The notes under the pieces are model-generated. The model made no database searches, was not told the DNA's origin, and worked only from the letters and a program-made list of their open reading frames with translations. DNA of 64,000 nt, from positions 6,014,001 through 6,078,000 of the forward strand of contig NC_058375.1 of NCBI RefSeq assembly GCF_018350175.1, given 5' to 3'. The first letter of the stretch is position 1. Each line of letters opens with the position of its first letter. Positions 1 to 13,422 of this stretch are shown here, one piece after another. This DNA is from Felis catus. Its lineage: Eukaryota. A program made the translations under genes and the position numbers.

Positions 1-512
1 CGATCCACTAATGTGGGTCCACCTAATGTTTTTCATGCCACAGATGCCTTTAGCAATCTATACACAACTTATCAAAAACTATTTTTTTTGTTTTACATTC
101 ACACACACACAAAAAACATGCACTGAAATACTTATTATGGCATGAGAAAAAAATATTTGTAATACATGTACCTCTTTATTGACTCATTAAATAATAAAAA
201 TTAACTAAATTTTATTCCCTTAATAACATTCATAATTTTGAAGTAGTGACATCATTTTCAGGTATTTTTCTCTACGTTATGTGATATAGGAATATCTGTG
301 ATTTATATTGGTGTCACAGTTACTGCCAACATTACTATGGCTTATTGCCTATCTTCATAATTGAAGCATAATTGGATGCTAAATGTCATCTGAAACGTAA
401 TGAATTACTGAAAATAAAGATACAATTTTTACCCACCCAAGTTCACAGTCTCCTGAATTATATTCACATTCCCCTGAGGTGACCATGGACCCTTCCAGGT
501 TGAGAACTCCAG
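1..512. mobile_element. Degenerate hAT-Charlie-type DNA transposon relic
   Basis: Ends CCAAGTTCACAG...CCATGGACCC...CAGGTTGAGAACTCCAG, a Charlie-like terminus; left limit uncertain. Confidence 0.5.
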
Positions 513-2298
513 CATTAATGGTATAATATGCAGTAGTAATGATTCAAATTTATAATTACTGGCATGACAATAAATTCAGGACATGTTAATTTCAAAAGCA
601 TTATTACAAAACAGTGAACAGCCTAATCCCACACGTTGTTTACTATGGAAAGTGGACACACAACAAAATAACAATAGGTCCGTGGTTTTGAGATTTTTAA
701 TTTTTGCTTATCTGAACATTTCCATTTCCACATTGTTTGCTCATGAAAAAGAAAGAAAAAAAGAACAAATGCAGGAGGGAAATTTTGCGGGGGGGAGGGA
801 AAAAAAAGAAAGACCTATAGCCAAGTTTTATAAGTGCATTCACAGGGCAAAGGCAAAAAGGTACAGGTGAATCCAGAGGAGAGAACACAAAATGGGACCA
901 CCTCTAATCAGCACAGAAGGTGAGTTACAGAAACAATACTGAAATGGGAGTTGGAAATCCATACATGGCTCTACCGGATGCCACAGCACTGAATATCCTA
1001 GCAGCTGGGAGAGGATAGAAGTAAAAGATAACAAAACTGCGGGTCTCTACCGACAGGTAGCCTCCACCAATTGGGATCTGAGCGCCAAAAGCACTCCAAG
1101 TCCAGGATGCCAAATATCTACTTTTTGGATAGGTGCAAACTTTAAAAGCATTCTAGTTGATAAGCCTGAAAGACAGGCCAGGGGTTTTCTCCCTCCAAAG
1201 GTCTTCTAGCCAGCACACAGAGCAAACTGGAACCCAGGTATCCATCATTCAGCCTGCAATGTGGGGTATAAAACCCCTTGTAAGGAAGAAGCATGATCTC
1301 TCCCAAGTCTGAATGCTGCTGCTGGCGTTAATTCTCAAACACAAACCCCAGAACTTTAGTTATATTTTTGCACTATGGATTCGTGGTCATTAAAACACTA
1401 CTTTTTAGCTTTTACTGTTCCTGACAATATAAAAACACAACATACCGGGTGAGATGTTTGACATTTCCCTTCCCTCTACTAAAGAGGAAAAAAAATTGTA
1501 ATTCTCGAAAGTATGGTTAACAGCCCTCAATCAATTTGGTAACTGTGTGCACAGTGCCTGCGTTTTACAATACCAGCACAGGAGGATGACAGACCAAGCA
1601 GGAAAACTACCACCTGATAATAACAACAGCCTGCCTCAGAGCCTACAGTTACCCACAGCTTTACTAACGGAGCACAAATTAAAATGTTAATGTAAAAGCT
1701 GAGAATAATGAAAAGTAACGTACTAAAATAAGATGAAAAATAAGTATTATAAACTCACTCCATTCCCCCTTCTTTAAAAGGAACTTACAGCTATATAACC
1801 AACTCCCCCAACGTTTCATTTTACTGTATCAATCTCTATTGATCAGGTTAAGGTAAGCCACTAACACACCATCTGTCAAGCAGCAACATCTGCCCAGCAC
1901 ACAAAGAAAGCCAGAACAACGCCTACAGCCTTTAGAGGGAATATAAAACAACTCTATCTTTGTAGTTTACAGTTCGGTTTATACATTTCACTAAGCATCA
2001 AAACTGGACAACACTGAAGAGGTGTTCCTTCTAAAGGCAACTGTATCAGGAAATTTAGAAATAGAAGTGAGAAAATGAATTCAGGGGTCAAATGAGTGAA
2101 CAAATGTAGACTTTCTTTCATATATAGCATATAGTATGCTGCCTGATTAGTTTGAGCACATATTTAAGGGTGAAATAATGAAAAAGATGTAAAGGTACTG
2201 GATACTTAAGGTATTCATAATGATAAAGGGTCATTATGTGTGAATATAATAGACTTGGTAATGTGACTTCAGAAGTTTATCCATTTCCAGGCATTTTA

Positions 2299-2307
2299 TT
2301 TATTTTT

Positions 2308-2362
<55 letters not shown>

Positions 2363-2546
2363 AGAGAGACAGAGTGCATGAGCATGCACAAGCAGGAGAG
2401 GCACAGAGGGAGAGAGAGAGAATCTTCATCAGGCTCCATCCTCCATGCAGAGCCCAACACTGGGCTCGATCCCATGACCCTGGGATCATGATCTAAGCTG
2501 AAATCTAGTGTTGGACACTCAACCAACTGAGCTACTCAGGGGCCCC
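2299..2546 (-). mobile_element. CanSINE with long (AG)n
   Basis: Reverse tRNA-like head, (GA)n tract, TSD ATTTCCAGGCATTTTA. Confidence 0.9.
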
Positions 2547-4071
2547 ATTTCCAGGCATTTTAAGCGTTAACCTAAAAGAACCAGGTAACTTATTTAACTG
2601 CTCCCGTCTATTTCAGCGTATTAAAAATGTATTACCAAATTTATACCAACACAAACATATAAAGGAGTAGAAAAGCGTATTTTTACTTTCGGTAGTTTTC
2701 ACGGTATTCAGATATCTTCAAAGGAAAACTCATGTACACAAGTATCTATTCTATAGTACTTAAATGCTTTACAAAAGGAAGACATTCTTGTACACATCCA
2801 TTTTAAAGTAAGTCAACAAACATAAAACCCTGCTCCATCTTTAAATTCACAGACAATGTTTTTAATCTTGGAAAGTCTGGTTTTCTCAGCTGGTGAAGCC
2901 GTCAGAATAAATAGAAGGCAGCATCTGGAAAGATGACAAACACATGGGTCAACGTCAACTACAAGCCAATCCCTGTCACGAGTGGAGCCAAATTCCAGCA
3001 TTTCAATTTCAATGATGCTCTCCAACTCAAATATCACCATGCCACTTCAGATCAAAATTGTTTCCTTTTAAAAAGAGCTTTTTACAAAACTGATAGAGTG
3101 TAACAGATTAAACAACTCTTTCAGCAATTTCCTCAGCTACTACAAAGCAAGGCATCGATGTATAATTATAATAAAGGGAACATTTAACAATTAATTGAGC
3201 CAGCAAAAGCTAAACCTCCAGAGCTTAGGAGTTCACACGCTTGCTCACTAAGCAAAAGGGCCGAGGATTTTAACATAACTGCAGGAAATCTCAGTCCAAT
3301 TAGACTCTAAGTAAATATAAATCTTGTTCCACTGTGATTGGGACTCTGTTCGTCACAGTCCATCAGGCTGATTTCGGTAACCGGCTTGGAGATTCAAACA
3401 ATAGAACCCCGCCCCTCTGTGGTCTCTCCCCATGCTGTGGTGTTAATCCAGTTTCTCCAGGTTCTGTGCAGGACAGAAAAGTCTCTGGAAGGCTGCTTGC
3501 TGGCTTGCTTTTACAACCAACCGACAAATAAGACTCCCAAAACACATCACACAACTGTGAGGTGATACCGTCTCTGGAGATATTGATGATTTGGGCCAGT
3601 TTATAATGGTGACATATGAACTAATTTACTTTCTTTCCTCATTCAGTTTCTATGTAGGGGAGATGTATATACACTCAAAAAGAACACAGAAATAAACACA
3701 GGGCTTCAAAGTGGCATGACCTGGGACGGCAACTACTTCACCGGGATATCTTCTCCACTGGCAAACTTCTTGAGAAGAATTTATGCTGAATTAACCGGGG
3801 GGCTGGTGGGGGATGGGGTGGGGGGGATCCCCACAACTACCTTATTCATAAAGCATCTTTCTATGCCTCATAGAGTCTGATGAGAAGCAGGAAAAATTAC
3901 AACTTAATGTCAACAAGTTTCAACAATACAAGCAAATAAAAAGTATTTTTTTAATTTAACTAGATAAAGCAAATTAAAATTTTAAAGGTAGCACAAAATA
4001 CTAGGTGGTGAAAGAAGTTTAAGGATTATTAGAACAGGCAGAGTTAGAGGTCATGGCAGGAAACCCACACA

Positions 4072-4402
4072 GCAGAGACTGTCACTATGGCCTATAGGTC
4101 AAATCTGACCCCACTGCCTGTTTTTGTAAGACCCACAAGCAAAGAATGGTTTTTACATATTTTAATTGAGGAAGGGAATATTTCTCGACATGTGAAAATA
4201 ACACAACTCTAAACGTCAGTGTCCACAAATAAAGTTTTATTGGAACACAGCAATGCCCATTCATTTGTATCTTGTCTATCTATTGCTGCTCTTATGACAC
4301 AAGGGCAGAATCGAGTTGTTACAACAGAGACTCCATGGCCTACAGCAAAGCTGGAAACATTAACTATCTGGCCCTTTACAGAAAAAGTTTGCTGACCACT
4401 AC
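4072..4402. mobile_element. MER58-like hAT MITE
   Basis: ACTATGGCC...CAAATCTG; AAATAAAGTTTTATTGGAACACAGC; TGGCCCTTTACAGAAAAAGTTTGCTGACC. Confidence 0.8.
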
Positions 4403-6128
4403 TCTAGAAATGCTAACTAAATAAGTAAAGCAGCTCAAATGACAATGTAAATTTTATGCCATAGAAGACTACACTATAAAAGGGCTTTGATTTGAAAATG
4501 ACACATTTGATCTGCAGTGTTATGTTTATAAATTGCTCAAGAATTTTTCTAGAGGCAATATCAAGTATACTAGCCTGAAACATACACAATAAAGCTTTTA
4601 ACTAACGCCTTAACAAGGACAGTAGCGTGCCTCTAACATCACGTCTCCAAATTCCTTGTCATGTCCCTCATCATCTGGGCTAAAAACTCAGCTCATCTGT
4701 GAATCCAGATCAGGGATGGAAAATGTTCCCATATCTGCACTCAAGAAAAACATAGTCAATTGATCAGAGCACTCCTCCCAAATGTACTACATTCACCCTC
4801 AATCACCTGGAAAAGGAGATAAAATCCATTTGCCATCTAATTTAGATGATCTATTTTTCTCATCTAGTTTGGTTTTCTTTACCATTCATTCTTCCTTTAT
4901 TGTAGTTCTTGTACCTTCTTGTGTGAAAACCATGTTCGCAACTTGGCAGACAGGGTGACAGTGAACAACAGGTAAGCTTGCTCTCTGATATCTGTGAACG
5001 GGTATTAATAAGGCAAGCTGTGTACCATCAATTAAGAAAAAAAAATACTGGGCTTCTTAGTCCTTTTATCGAAATATCGAGTATGAAGGGGCTTTTGATA
5101 AACCCTGCATCTTGCCTTTTTTTTTTTAAACTTCATATAACGTTTTGAATTAGCTAGATAGATGCAGGGTCTACTGTGACACCCTCCTGCCCCTACCCCC
5201 ACCACCCCCCCACCACACACACACAAAAGCCAGCTTTCCATATTCAACATGATGTACTCCAGAAGGGGTCTCAAGAGGCAATAACTAAACTGGATAACCA
5301 ATACCACCAAAACAAAAGCTCTATCAACTATGGCAAACTCAAATCATAGCTAGACACAAGTCCAATTCAGACACGTAATTACTCATAACCAGGAGTGCAC
5401 CACGACTGACCCACCAGAGTGAGGTCCTGAAGCCAAAGCCTATGTCCAACAGGAGCCACGTTAACATCAACAGAGAGGTTTGAAAGCAATGTCCACTATC
5501 AAAATAACTTTAGCCAACAATTCCGTGGGTTTCCAGTTTCTTTATTGAGATATCTTTTAAGTAACGAAAAGTTGTGTCTGAGCCTACTCCTGTGTCACTG
5601 AATAACTTCATAAGATGTCACTAGTCAGACAAGACCGTGTGAACGAGTGAGCATGCCGCCAGACATTTTAAATATTCATAAGGATTACATAGGGCTGAGA
5701 AAGTGAAGAACACAAAATCCTATTATCAGGGCCAAAGATCTTCATTTTTGGAGAGGAAGCACATACACCCTGGGATCCCCATCATGTTCAACTGTCCGTA
5801 GAAGCAAACCTGAAATGAATGTTTTAAAGCGAGGAAGGGGGCAGACAGTCAACCACAAGAGAGTTGCAGACTTCTGTGGCCAAAGAATAGGTGAGGCGAG
5901 GTGAGAAGCCGCCTCCTTTCAGAGTTTTGGAGATGGAGGGCTAAGTGACCATAAAGATCATCCTTTAGCAGGTGTACGGATCTGAAAAGGTTGAACAGTT
6001 GAAAAACCTGTCATTAAAAATTAAGTCACCCGAATTAACTGAGGTAGTAATGACCTCCTTAAACTGATATCCTTTATCCCTGCAAAGATTTAGAATTGAG
6101 AAAGATTTAAGAAAATCAACAGTATACT

Positions 6129-6385
6129 GGGCACCTGGGTGGCTCGGTCAGTGAAACACACCTGCCTTGGGCTCAGGTCATGATCTCACGGTTTGTGAGT
6201 TCAAATCCCGCATCGGATGAGCTCAAGCCCCACTTTGGGTGAGCATGCATGAGCCCTGCTTCAGGTGAACACGAGCCCCGCTATGGGTATTTAAAACAAA
6301 CAAACAAGAACCTGCTTCAGGTGGCCCTACTTCTCTCTCTCTGTCTCTCTCTCTGCCCCTCACTCACTTGTGCCCTCTCTCTCAG

Positions 6386-6434
<49 letters not shown>
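6129..6434 (+). mobile_element. CanSINE variant with internal repeats and A/(TA)n tail
   Basis: GGGCACCTGGGTGGCTC head, repeated GAGCCCyGCTTCAGGTG units, CT tract, poly-A then (TA)n. Confidence 0.85.
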
Positions 6435-6604
6435 CTATATTAACATTTTCTGGATTAATAAAGAAGATCAGGAAATATTCGATATTTTTATTCTTTTTAT
6501 AGTTAAAGGAATTTGGCTTACAACAACAGACCCATAATTCCAATTTTAAAAAGTAAAACCTAGGACTTTATTTTAGGCCTGGTCTTTTCTAAAGAAGCCC
6601 TCCA

Positions 6605-6825
6605 GGGGCGCCCGGGTGGTGCAGTCGGTTGAGCGTCCGACTTCAGCCAGGTTACGATCTCGCGGTCCGGGAGTTCGAGCCCCGCGTCGGGCTCTGGGCT
6701 GATGGCTCAGAGCCTGGAGCCTGTTTCCGATTCTGTGTCTCCCTCTCTCTCTGCCCCTCCCCCGTTCATGCTCTGTCTCTCTCTGTCCCAAAAATAAATA
6801 AATGTTGAAAATAAATAAATAAATA
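6605..6825 (+). mobile_element. Young felid CanSINE
   Basis: CpG-intact body; perfect TSD AAGAAGCCCTCCA. Confidence 0.95.
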
Positions 6826-7778
6826 AAGAAGCCCTCCATATCTACGTATACTCACTTAATCCCCATCACAGGCTTGAGGTGGGTACTCTGATCCCCATTT
6901 GGCCTATGAAGAAATAAAAGCACAGAAGTTGTCCCTCGCCACCTCTGCCCACCCTCAGTGGTAGATTGTGCTGGAATGTCGTCTCTCTATGTGAAATGGA
7001 TTCAAACATGCAGTTGGGATTGAAACCCAGCAGTTGGGATTCAATGCCCAGCACTGAAATAGCTAAGGTACCTTTTTAGGTTCACTTCATTAATAGGTCT
7101 AATTTACTTCATTTATAAGAAGTTAAGTATTTGAGAAGATCTGTGTTAATAGCTCCCTTAACAATAGAAATCAAATATTTAATTATTTCCAAGTCTAAAT
7201 ACTAAAGATACTAACTACTTTATAAATAAGACCAATCATAATTCAAAAGCCCTTAAAAGTGATTGTTAAAACTTGTTTAATTTATAAGGGTTAAGATAAG
7301 TAAACTGGACTTTTTTAAAGTAAAGCAGGGTAAAAAAAAAAAAAAAAGTAAAGCAGTATCCTTTAATTTATAACTTTAACAAACTGAATACCAATTTTTC
7401 AAACCAAAGTATACCTTTTATATATGTCTTTGTATGTGTGTATATATATACACATCATCTTTTCTGCACATAAATATCAGCCTTAAAGACCTTTCCCAAG
7501 AAGGTCCCAAGATCAACTGCTCTGTATGTATTTACTGCCCAACCTGTAAAGAGGGCACATTTAAGACATGCTATTCAAGAAAGGCCACCCAAGAAACACA
7601 GGGTGAACACTCAAGTCTGTAGTCACCACCCCTGACTGTGCTAATAAATATTTGGGGAATGGATGATGAAGCACCTAGAATGTGGGATGCAGGTAACTGA
7701 GAGAAGACTGCCAGAAACCTACATTCCTGAATTTGATGATTAACTGCTCATAAAGATAACTTCAAGAAATTACCAATT

Positions 7779-7995
7779 GGGGCACCTGGGTGCCTCAGTC
7801 GGTTGAGCACCTGACTTTGGCTCAGGTCATGATCTCGCGGTTCGTGAGTTCGATCCCCTCATCAGGCTCTGTGCTGACAGCTCAGAGCCTAGAGCTGCTT
7901 CGGATTCTGTGTCTCCCTCTCTCTCTGCCCCTCCCCTGATCGTGCTCTCTGTCTCTCTCTCAAAAATAAACATTAAAAAATTAAAAAAAAAAAAA
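7779..7995 (+). mobile_element. CanSINE
   Basis: Head, CT tract, A tail; TSD AAGA(A)ATTACCAATT. Confidence 0.92.
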
Positions 7996-9029
7996 AGAAT
8001 TACCAATTAACACACTCTTGCCATTATCAAGGGTGATTTTTAAGGCTACATACGAAACATTCTTGTTTCTTTTTGAGTACACAGTTTTAGAACACATTCT
8101 GATTCATTGTTTCTCAGGTATGTAATAACTTCTACTGTAATACTGTGTATTATGAGGCTGGGAAGACCTAGAGTTCCGCAGAAAATGCCTCTAAAAATTA
8201 AAGGGCTTATATAAAACACAGGGAAAGGGGCAGATCCCTCAAAACCTACACAGCTCAGAAATCAGATTATTACATCTCCCTAAATCAGTAATTATACCTC
8301 AAGAAATACCACAGCCCGCGTAGGCACCCCAGAGCGGCTGAAGGTTGCTTCAGGGAATATTTCGAATACCTAAAACAACAGATGCTGGCCTGAAGGCACC
8401 AAAACAATACAGATTAACCTGGAGTTTCTGTGAAGGTGAGCACAGCAGGCAAGGTGGCCTGCCAGAGTCAAGTGTGTGAGGTGGGGAGGGCCGGCTTTCT
8501 CAGCGGGGAGAGAAGCCTAGGGCACAGGTGCTCATTATCTCATTTCATTTTAAATAGAGATGAAAGGGTTCATGCCAGTGCAACAGTCAAATTAAAGGTT
8601 TAATTTCTCACCTACTTTTTCCTTTTCTGCTAAAATGTAAGACTACACTGTAACACAGGATTAATTATACAGTATAAACTCTGCCCCTCTATTCACATTC
8701 CTCTTGCTTAGGAACAGCTGCGTAGGAACCAGCACAAACTGTACATTCCACTGACCTCACTCCTCTATTTACTGATCACATACACAGCAAAATGAACTAT
8801 ACTATAAATAATATAAAGATAATATAAACATCCGTATGTTGTTACAAGTTCTCACCGAATTCAGTGTTACAGTGAGAGTCTCCCGATGAAGTGGCACCTA
8901 GTGAACATGTGTCATTTTCTAGCCGGCTCTCACCTATTCCCCCTACAGAAAGGCATCCTATTTCATTGTGGGGAATTACCTTAGTCCAACCACACGCAGT
9001 TTTAAGGGGGAGCAATAAATCAAGGTTTC

Positions 9030-9259
9030 TTTTTTTTTTTTTTATTTTTTTTAACATTTATTTATTTTTGAGAGACAGAGAGAGGCAGAGCATGAGCATG
9101 GGAGGGGGAGAGAGGGAGAGACACAGAATCTGAAGCAGGCTCCAGGCTCTGAGCTGTTTGTTAGCACAGAGCCCGACACGGGGCTCGAACTCACGAACTG
9201 CGAGACCGTGACCTGAGCTGACGTCGGACCCTCAACCGACTGAGCCACCCAGGCGCCCC
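9030..9259 (-). mobile_element. CanSINE
   Basis: Reverse copy; TSD AATAAATCAAGGTTTCT. Confidence 0.93.
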
Positions 9260-9881
9260 AATAAATCAAGGTTTCTGTCCTTTTTTATCTAAGACACAGA
9301 CATGCAATTCAAGCTTGACCAACTGAATTTACTCTTCTGTGAACATGCCTCAGGCTGAGTGACAGCAAGGACAGGAAAATGCTGTGGGGGCACCCACGAA
9401 GATTGGTCATTAGTTCCTGCGGACCAAAAATAAGAACTGCCCTCATTCCAAACAGGTTTCCATCCAACCTGTAAGATACCCTATCAATAAATTATTTTTG
9501 TCTGTGATGTGACCAATGTTCTCCAGCTTTGCATTCAGAAAACTTTAACAATACAGTATGATCACTTTTATTAAATCACAAAAAACTACGTATTTCTCTT
9601 TCAGTTGCTGAGTTAAGGATTCAAACCTAGTAATCAGCATTAGCCTAAATATTCTGGAACAATGTACCTCTCCTGGCTCAGCGTATTTCCCATAATTGTT
9701 ATGCATTTACCTTCTCAACAATCATTCTGTGTGTGTGTGAACTGAGAAATAATTTCCAAAAGCAGGCAAGATGCTAGCTAATCGCAGAAGCAGGGAAACA
9801 AACAAGAAAACAAACAAAAAAATGAAGAAAAATAGCAAACTAATCATACCATTTGCATTTTCCAAGAAATGGGCCTCATCT

Positions 9882-10139
9882 ATCTCTTTTGCACTGCTGG
9901 TGGGAATGCAAACTGGTACAGCCTCTCTGGAAAATAGTATGGAGGTTCCTCAAAAAGTTAAAAATAGAACTACCCTATAACCCAGCAATTGCACTACTAG
10001 GTATTTATCCAAGAGACACTTGTGTGCTCTTTCGGAGGGGCACATGCACCCCCATGTTTATAGCAGCACTATCGACAATAGCCAAAGTATGCAAAGAGCC
10101 CAAATGTCCATCGATGGATGAATGGAGAAAGAAGATGTG

Positions 10140-10187
<48 letters not shown>

Positions 10188-10560
10188 CGGAGTATTAGTC
10201 GGCAATCAAAAAGAATGAAATCTTGCCATTTGCAACTACGTGGATGGAACTGGAGGGTATTATGCTAAGCGAAATTAGAGAAAAACAAATATCATATGAC
10301 TTCACTCATATAAGGACTTTAAGACAGAACAGATGAACATAAGGGAAGGGAAGCAAAAATAATATAAAAATAGGGAGGGGGACAAAACAAAAGAGACTCT
10401 TAAATATGGAGAACAAACAGAGGGTTACTGGATGGGGTGTGGGAGGGGGATGGGCTAAATGGGTAAGGGGCACTAAGGAATCAACTCCTGAAATCACTGT
10501 TGCACTATATGCTAATTTGGATGTAAATTTAAAAAATAAAATTAAATAAAAATTTAAAAA
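9882..10560 (+). mobile_element. 5'-truncated carnivore/felid LINE-1 (ORF2 C-terminus plus 3'UTR)
   Basis: Encodes [40 protein letters not shown] (L1 ORF2 end); A-rich tail; 18-bp TSD AAGAAATGGGCCT(C/A)ATCT at 9864-9881 and 10561-10578; internal (GT)n. Confidence 0.92.
10142..10185. repeat. (GT)n microsatellite
   Basis: About 22 perfect GT units inside L1. Confidence 0.95.
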
Positions 10561-10759
10561 AAGAAATGGGCCTAATCTCCTTTCAAAAGGTGTGTTTTGG
10601 TATCATCTTCAATATTTTATATAAATGTCCATCCATTCTTGGCCTTAATTCTGTCACAGGCCCATTCCATCTTACAAACTAGCTCTGTGACACTGGCCTC
10701 TGTGCCTTAGTTTCCTCATCTGTGTAACAGGGAAACGACTAGGTTTTACAGGTACTTTT

Positions 10760-10965
10760 TAAAAAATTTTTTTAATGTTTTTATTTGATTTTTGAGAGAG
10801 AAACAGAGTGTGAGTGGGGGAGGGGCACAGAGAGAGGGAGACAGAATCTGAAGCAGGCTCCAGGCTCCGAGCTGTCAGCACAGAGCCTGACGCGGGACTT
10901 GAAACACAAGATCATGACCTGAGCCAAAGTCAGACGCCCAACTGACTAAGCCACCCAGGTGCCCC
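10760..10965 (-). mobile_element. CanSINE inserted in a MIR
   Basis: Reverse copy; TSD TACAGG(T/G)ACTTTTT. Confidence 0.9.
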
Positions 10966-11036
10966 TACAGGGACTTTTTAAGGACTAGCAACAGCACACA
11001 TAAAATAAGCCCAGTACTGGAAACAGTAGATGCTTT

Positions 11037-11063
11037 TTTAAAAAAAATTAATGTTTATTTATT

Positions 11064-11095
<32 letters not shown>

Positions 11096-11223
11096 CACAC
11101 GCGCATGCAGGCACGAACAGGGGAGGGGCAGAAAGCAAGAGCAACACAGAATCCGCTATCAGCACAGAGCCTGACGTGGGGATCGAACTCAGGAAGCGGG
11201 AGACTGAGCCACCCAGGCTCCCC
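11037..11223 (-). mobile_element. CanSINE (internally deleted)
   Basis: Reverse copy; TSD AACAG(T/G)AGATGCTTT. Confidence 0.85.
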
Positions 11224-11614
11224 AACAGGAGATGCTTTAAACGTGGTGGTTAGTTACCATCCATGGCTACAGCTTCCACACTCCCCCCACCATGTGTCTG
11301 CTTCCACCCAAGTTCACAGTTCCTTCTGCAATCAAGCACTTTATAAGGTCCAAATCATTCCCAACTGATTAGTCGACTGCTCTGTTCCTCCTGAACCATA
11401 TGTGCTTTCTGTCCCATCAAAATCTCAAGCCATGGAGGCCTATCTTCCTTCCCCCCAGCCTCCTTTTTTTTTCTTGTTTTTAGATCGGCCTAAATTCTAG
11501 TCTGTCATAAATAACTGACAGGTGTGCTGGGAGGCTGGTCTCTCGGCCCGTAAGGCAGTGTGCTCATTTTCCATTTGTACCTTAACTTGAAAAAGCCTGG
11601 GAAGCACTGGTCTA

Positions 11615-11780
11615 GATCGATGACTCTCCACCTTTAATATGTATTTAAATCACCTAGGAATCTCATGATAACAAGAACTCTGATTCAGCAGATCCGGTGT
11701 AGAACCTGAGATTTTGCATTTCTAACCAACTCTCATGGATGTCAACCTGTGGCCAACACTGTGGCAGCAGGTGCCTCTAG
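11615..11780. mobile_element. MER5A-like hAT MITE
   Basis: AATCACCTAGGA...CTGATTCAGCAG...CCTGAGATTTTGCATTTCTAAC. Confidence 0.7.
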
Positions 11781-12137
11781 AGTACATGGTCCACTATACT
11801 TAATGACCCCTTCTTTCCTTAGGAAATCAAAAAAGATACAATTAGTCATAAAATTTCCATCACTTTCCATTTTTTTGTTACGGTAATTTTAGAACAGCAA
11901 TTTCTCATTTCTTCTACCCCCAGAGAGATAAAGTAATAACTTTTAATGTGCTAAAATTTTTCTTTTACATATGCAGAATTTGGCTAACTTCCTAATAGGC
12001 ACTAAAAGGCAATCACTTCTCGAGGCTCAGAAAAAGATGAAATAAAATTTCAATAAAAGTGGGAAAAATAAAAATTAATGCAATCTACAACTAAAAGCAC
12101 ATTTGTAATGTAATTAAAAACAAGAAGTACATTTTTT

Positions 12138-12300
12138 GGGGGGGAATGGGTGGTTCAGTCAGTTAAGCATCCGGCTCTTCATTTCGGCTCAGGTCAAGAT
12201 CCCAGAGTTGTGGTGGAACTGAGCCCATCAGGGGTCCATGCTGAGCTTAAAATTCTCTCTCTCCCCTTCTGTTCCCTCCCCTGTCCACACACACGTGCTA

Positions 12301-12348
<48 letters not shown>

Positions 12349-12566
12349 AAAAAAAAGACAAAACAAAACAAAATAAAAGCCAGGGTGGCTCAGTCAATTA
12401 AGCATCCAACCCTTGGTTTCAGCTCAGGTCACGATCTCACGGTTCGTGGGTTGGAGCCCCGCTTCGGACTCTGCGCTGACAATGCAGAGCCTGCTTGGGA
12501 TTCTCTCTCTCCCTCTCTCTGCCCCTCCCATGTCTCTCTCTTAAAATAAACAAACTTAAAAAAAAA
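12138..12566 (+). mobile_element. Two tandem CanSINEs (12138-12378 and 12380-12566), first with (TCTG)n
   Basis: Two GGGTGG(T/C)TCAGTC heads, each with a CT tract and A tail. Confidence 0.88.
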
Positions 12567-12669
12567 TCCTTTTTTCACAACTGTTCCAAGGACACAGAAC
12601 TAAATACAGCTGATGTGCTTGCTCACTCAGGCCTGAGTCTGTCTACCTAGCAACAAAGCTCTACCCACT

Positions 12670-13422
12670 TGTTATGGACTGAATTGTATTCCCCCAAAAT
12701 TCAGATGTGAAGTCCTAACCACCAATACTCAGAATGTGACCTTACATGAAGAAAAAAGCATCGATGCAGATGTAACGAGCTACAACGAGGTGGCCCCTAA
12801 CACCCTATGTAGCAGGGTGAGGGCCCTAATCCACCANNNNNNNNNNNNNNNNNNNNNNNNNNNNNNNNNNNNNNNNNNNNNNNNNNNNNNNNNNNNNNNN
12901 NNNNNNNNNNNNNNNNNNNNNNNNNNNNNNNNNNNNNNNNNNNNNNNNNNNNNNNNNNNNNNNNNNNNNNNNNNNNNNNNNNNNNNNNNNNNNNNNNNNN
13001 NNAGGCAGAGAGAGAGGGAGACACAGAATCTGAAGCAGGCTCCAGGCTCCGAGCTGTCAGCACAGACCCTGACATGGGGCTCGAACTCATGGACTGTGAG
13101 ATCATGACCTGAGCCAGAGTCGGACGCTCAACCGACTGAGCCACCCAGGCACCCCAATGATTGGTGTCCTTTTAAGCCAAGGAGAAATTTGGGCAGATGC
13201 AGAGACAGGCCTACATGGAGAACACCATATGAAGACTACAGTTGTGCACAAGTCAAGGAACTACCAGAAGCTCAGAAAAGCCTGAAGAAAGAGACACTTT
13301 CCTCTTGCCTTCACAAGGAGCATGAAGGACCCTGTCCTTGATCTTGAAGTGCTAGCCTCCAAAACTATGCGACAAGTTATTTCTGTTGTTGAAGGCACTC
13401 AGCAGCCCTAGCAAATGGGTAC
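12670..13422 (+). mobile_element. MaLR LTR (MLT1A/B-like), interrupted by a gap and a CanSINE
   Basis: TGTTATGGACTGAATTGT...CCCCCAAAATTCA start; ...TTTCTGTTGTTGAAG...GCAGCCCTAGCAAA...ACA end. Confidence 0.8.
13003..13155 (-). mobile_element. CanSINE (tail in gap) inside MLT1 LTR
   Basis: GAGACACAGAATCTGAAGCAGGCTCC...GAGCCACCCAGGCACCCC. Confidence 0.9.

Noticed and set aside
9853-10218. 121-aa ORF
   Set aside because: L1 ORF2 C-terminal remnant, not a host gene.
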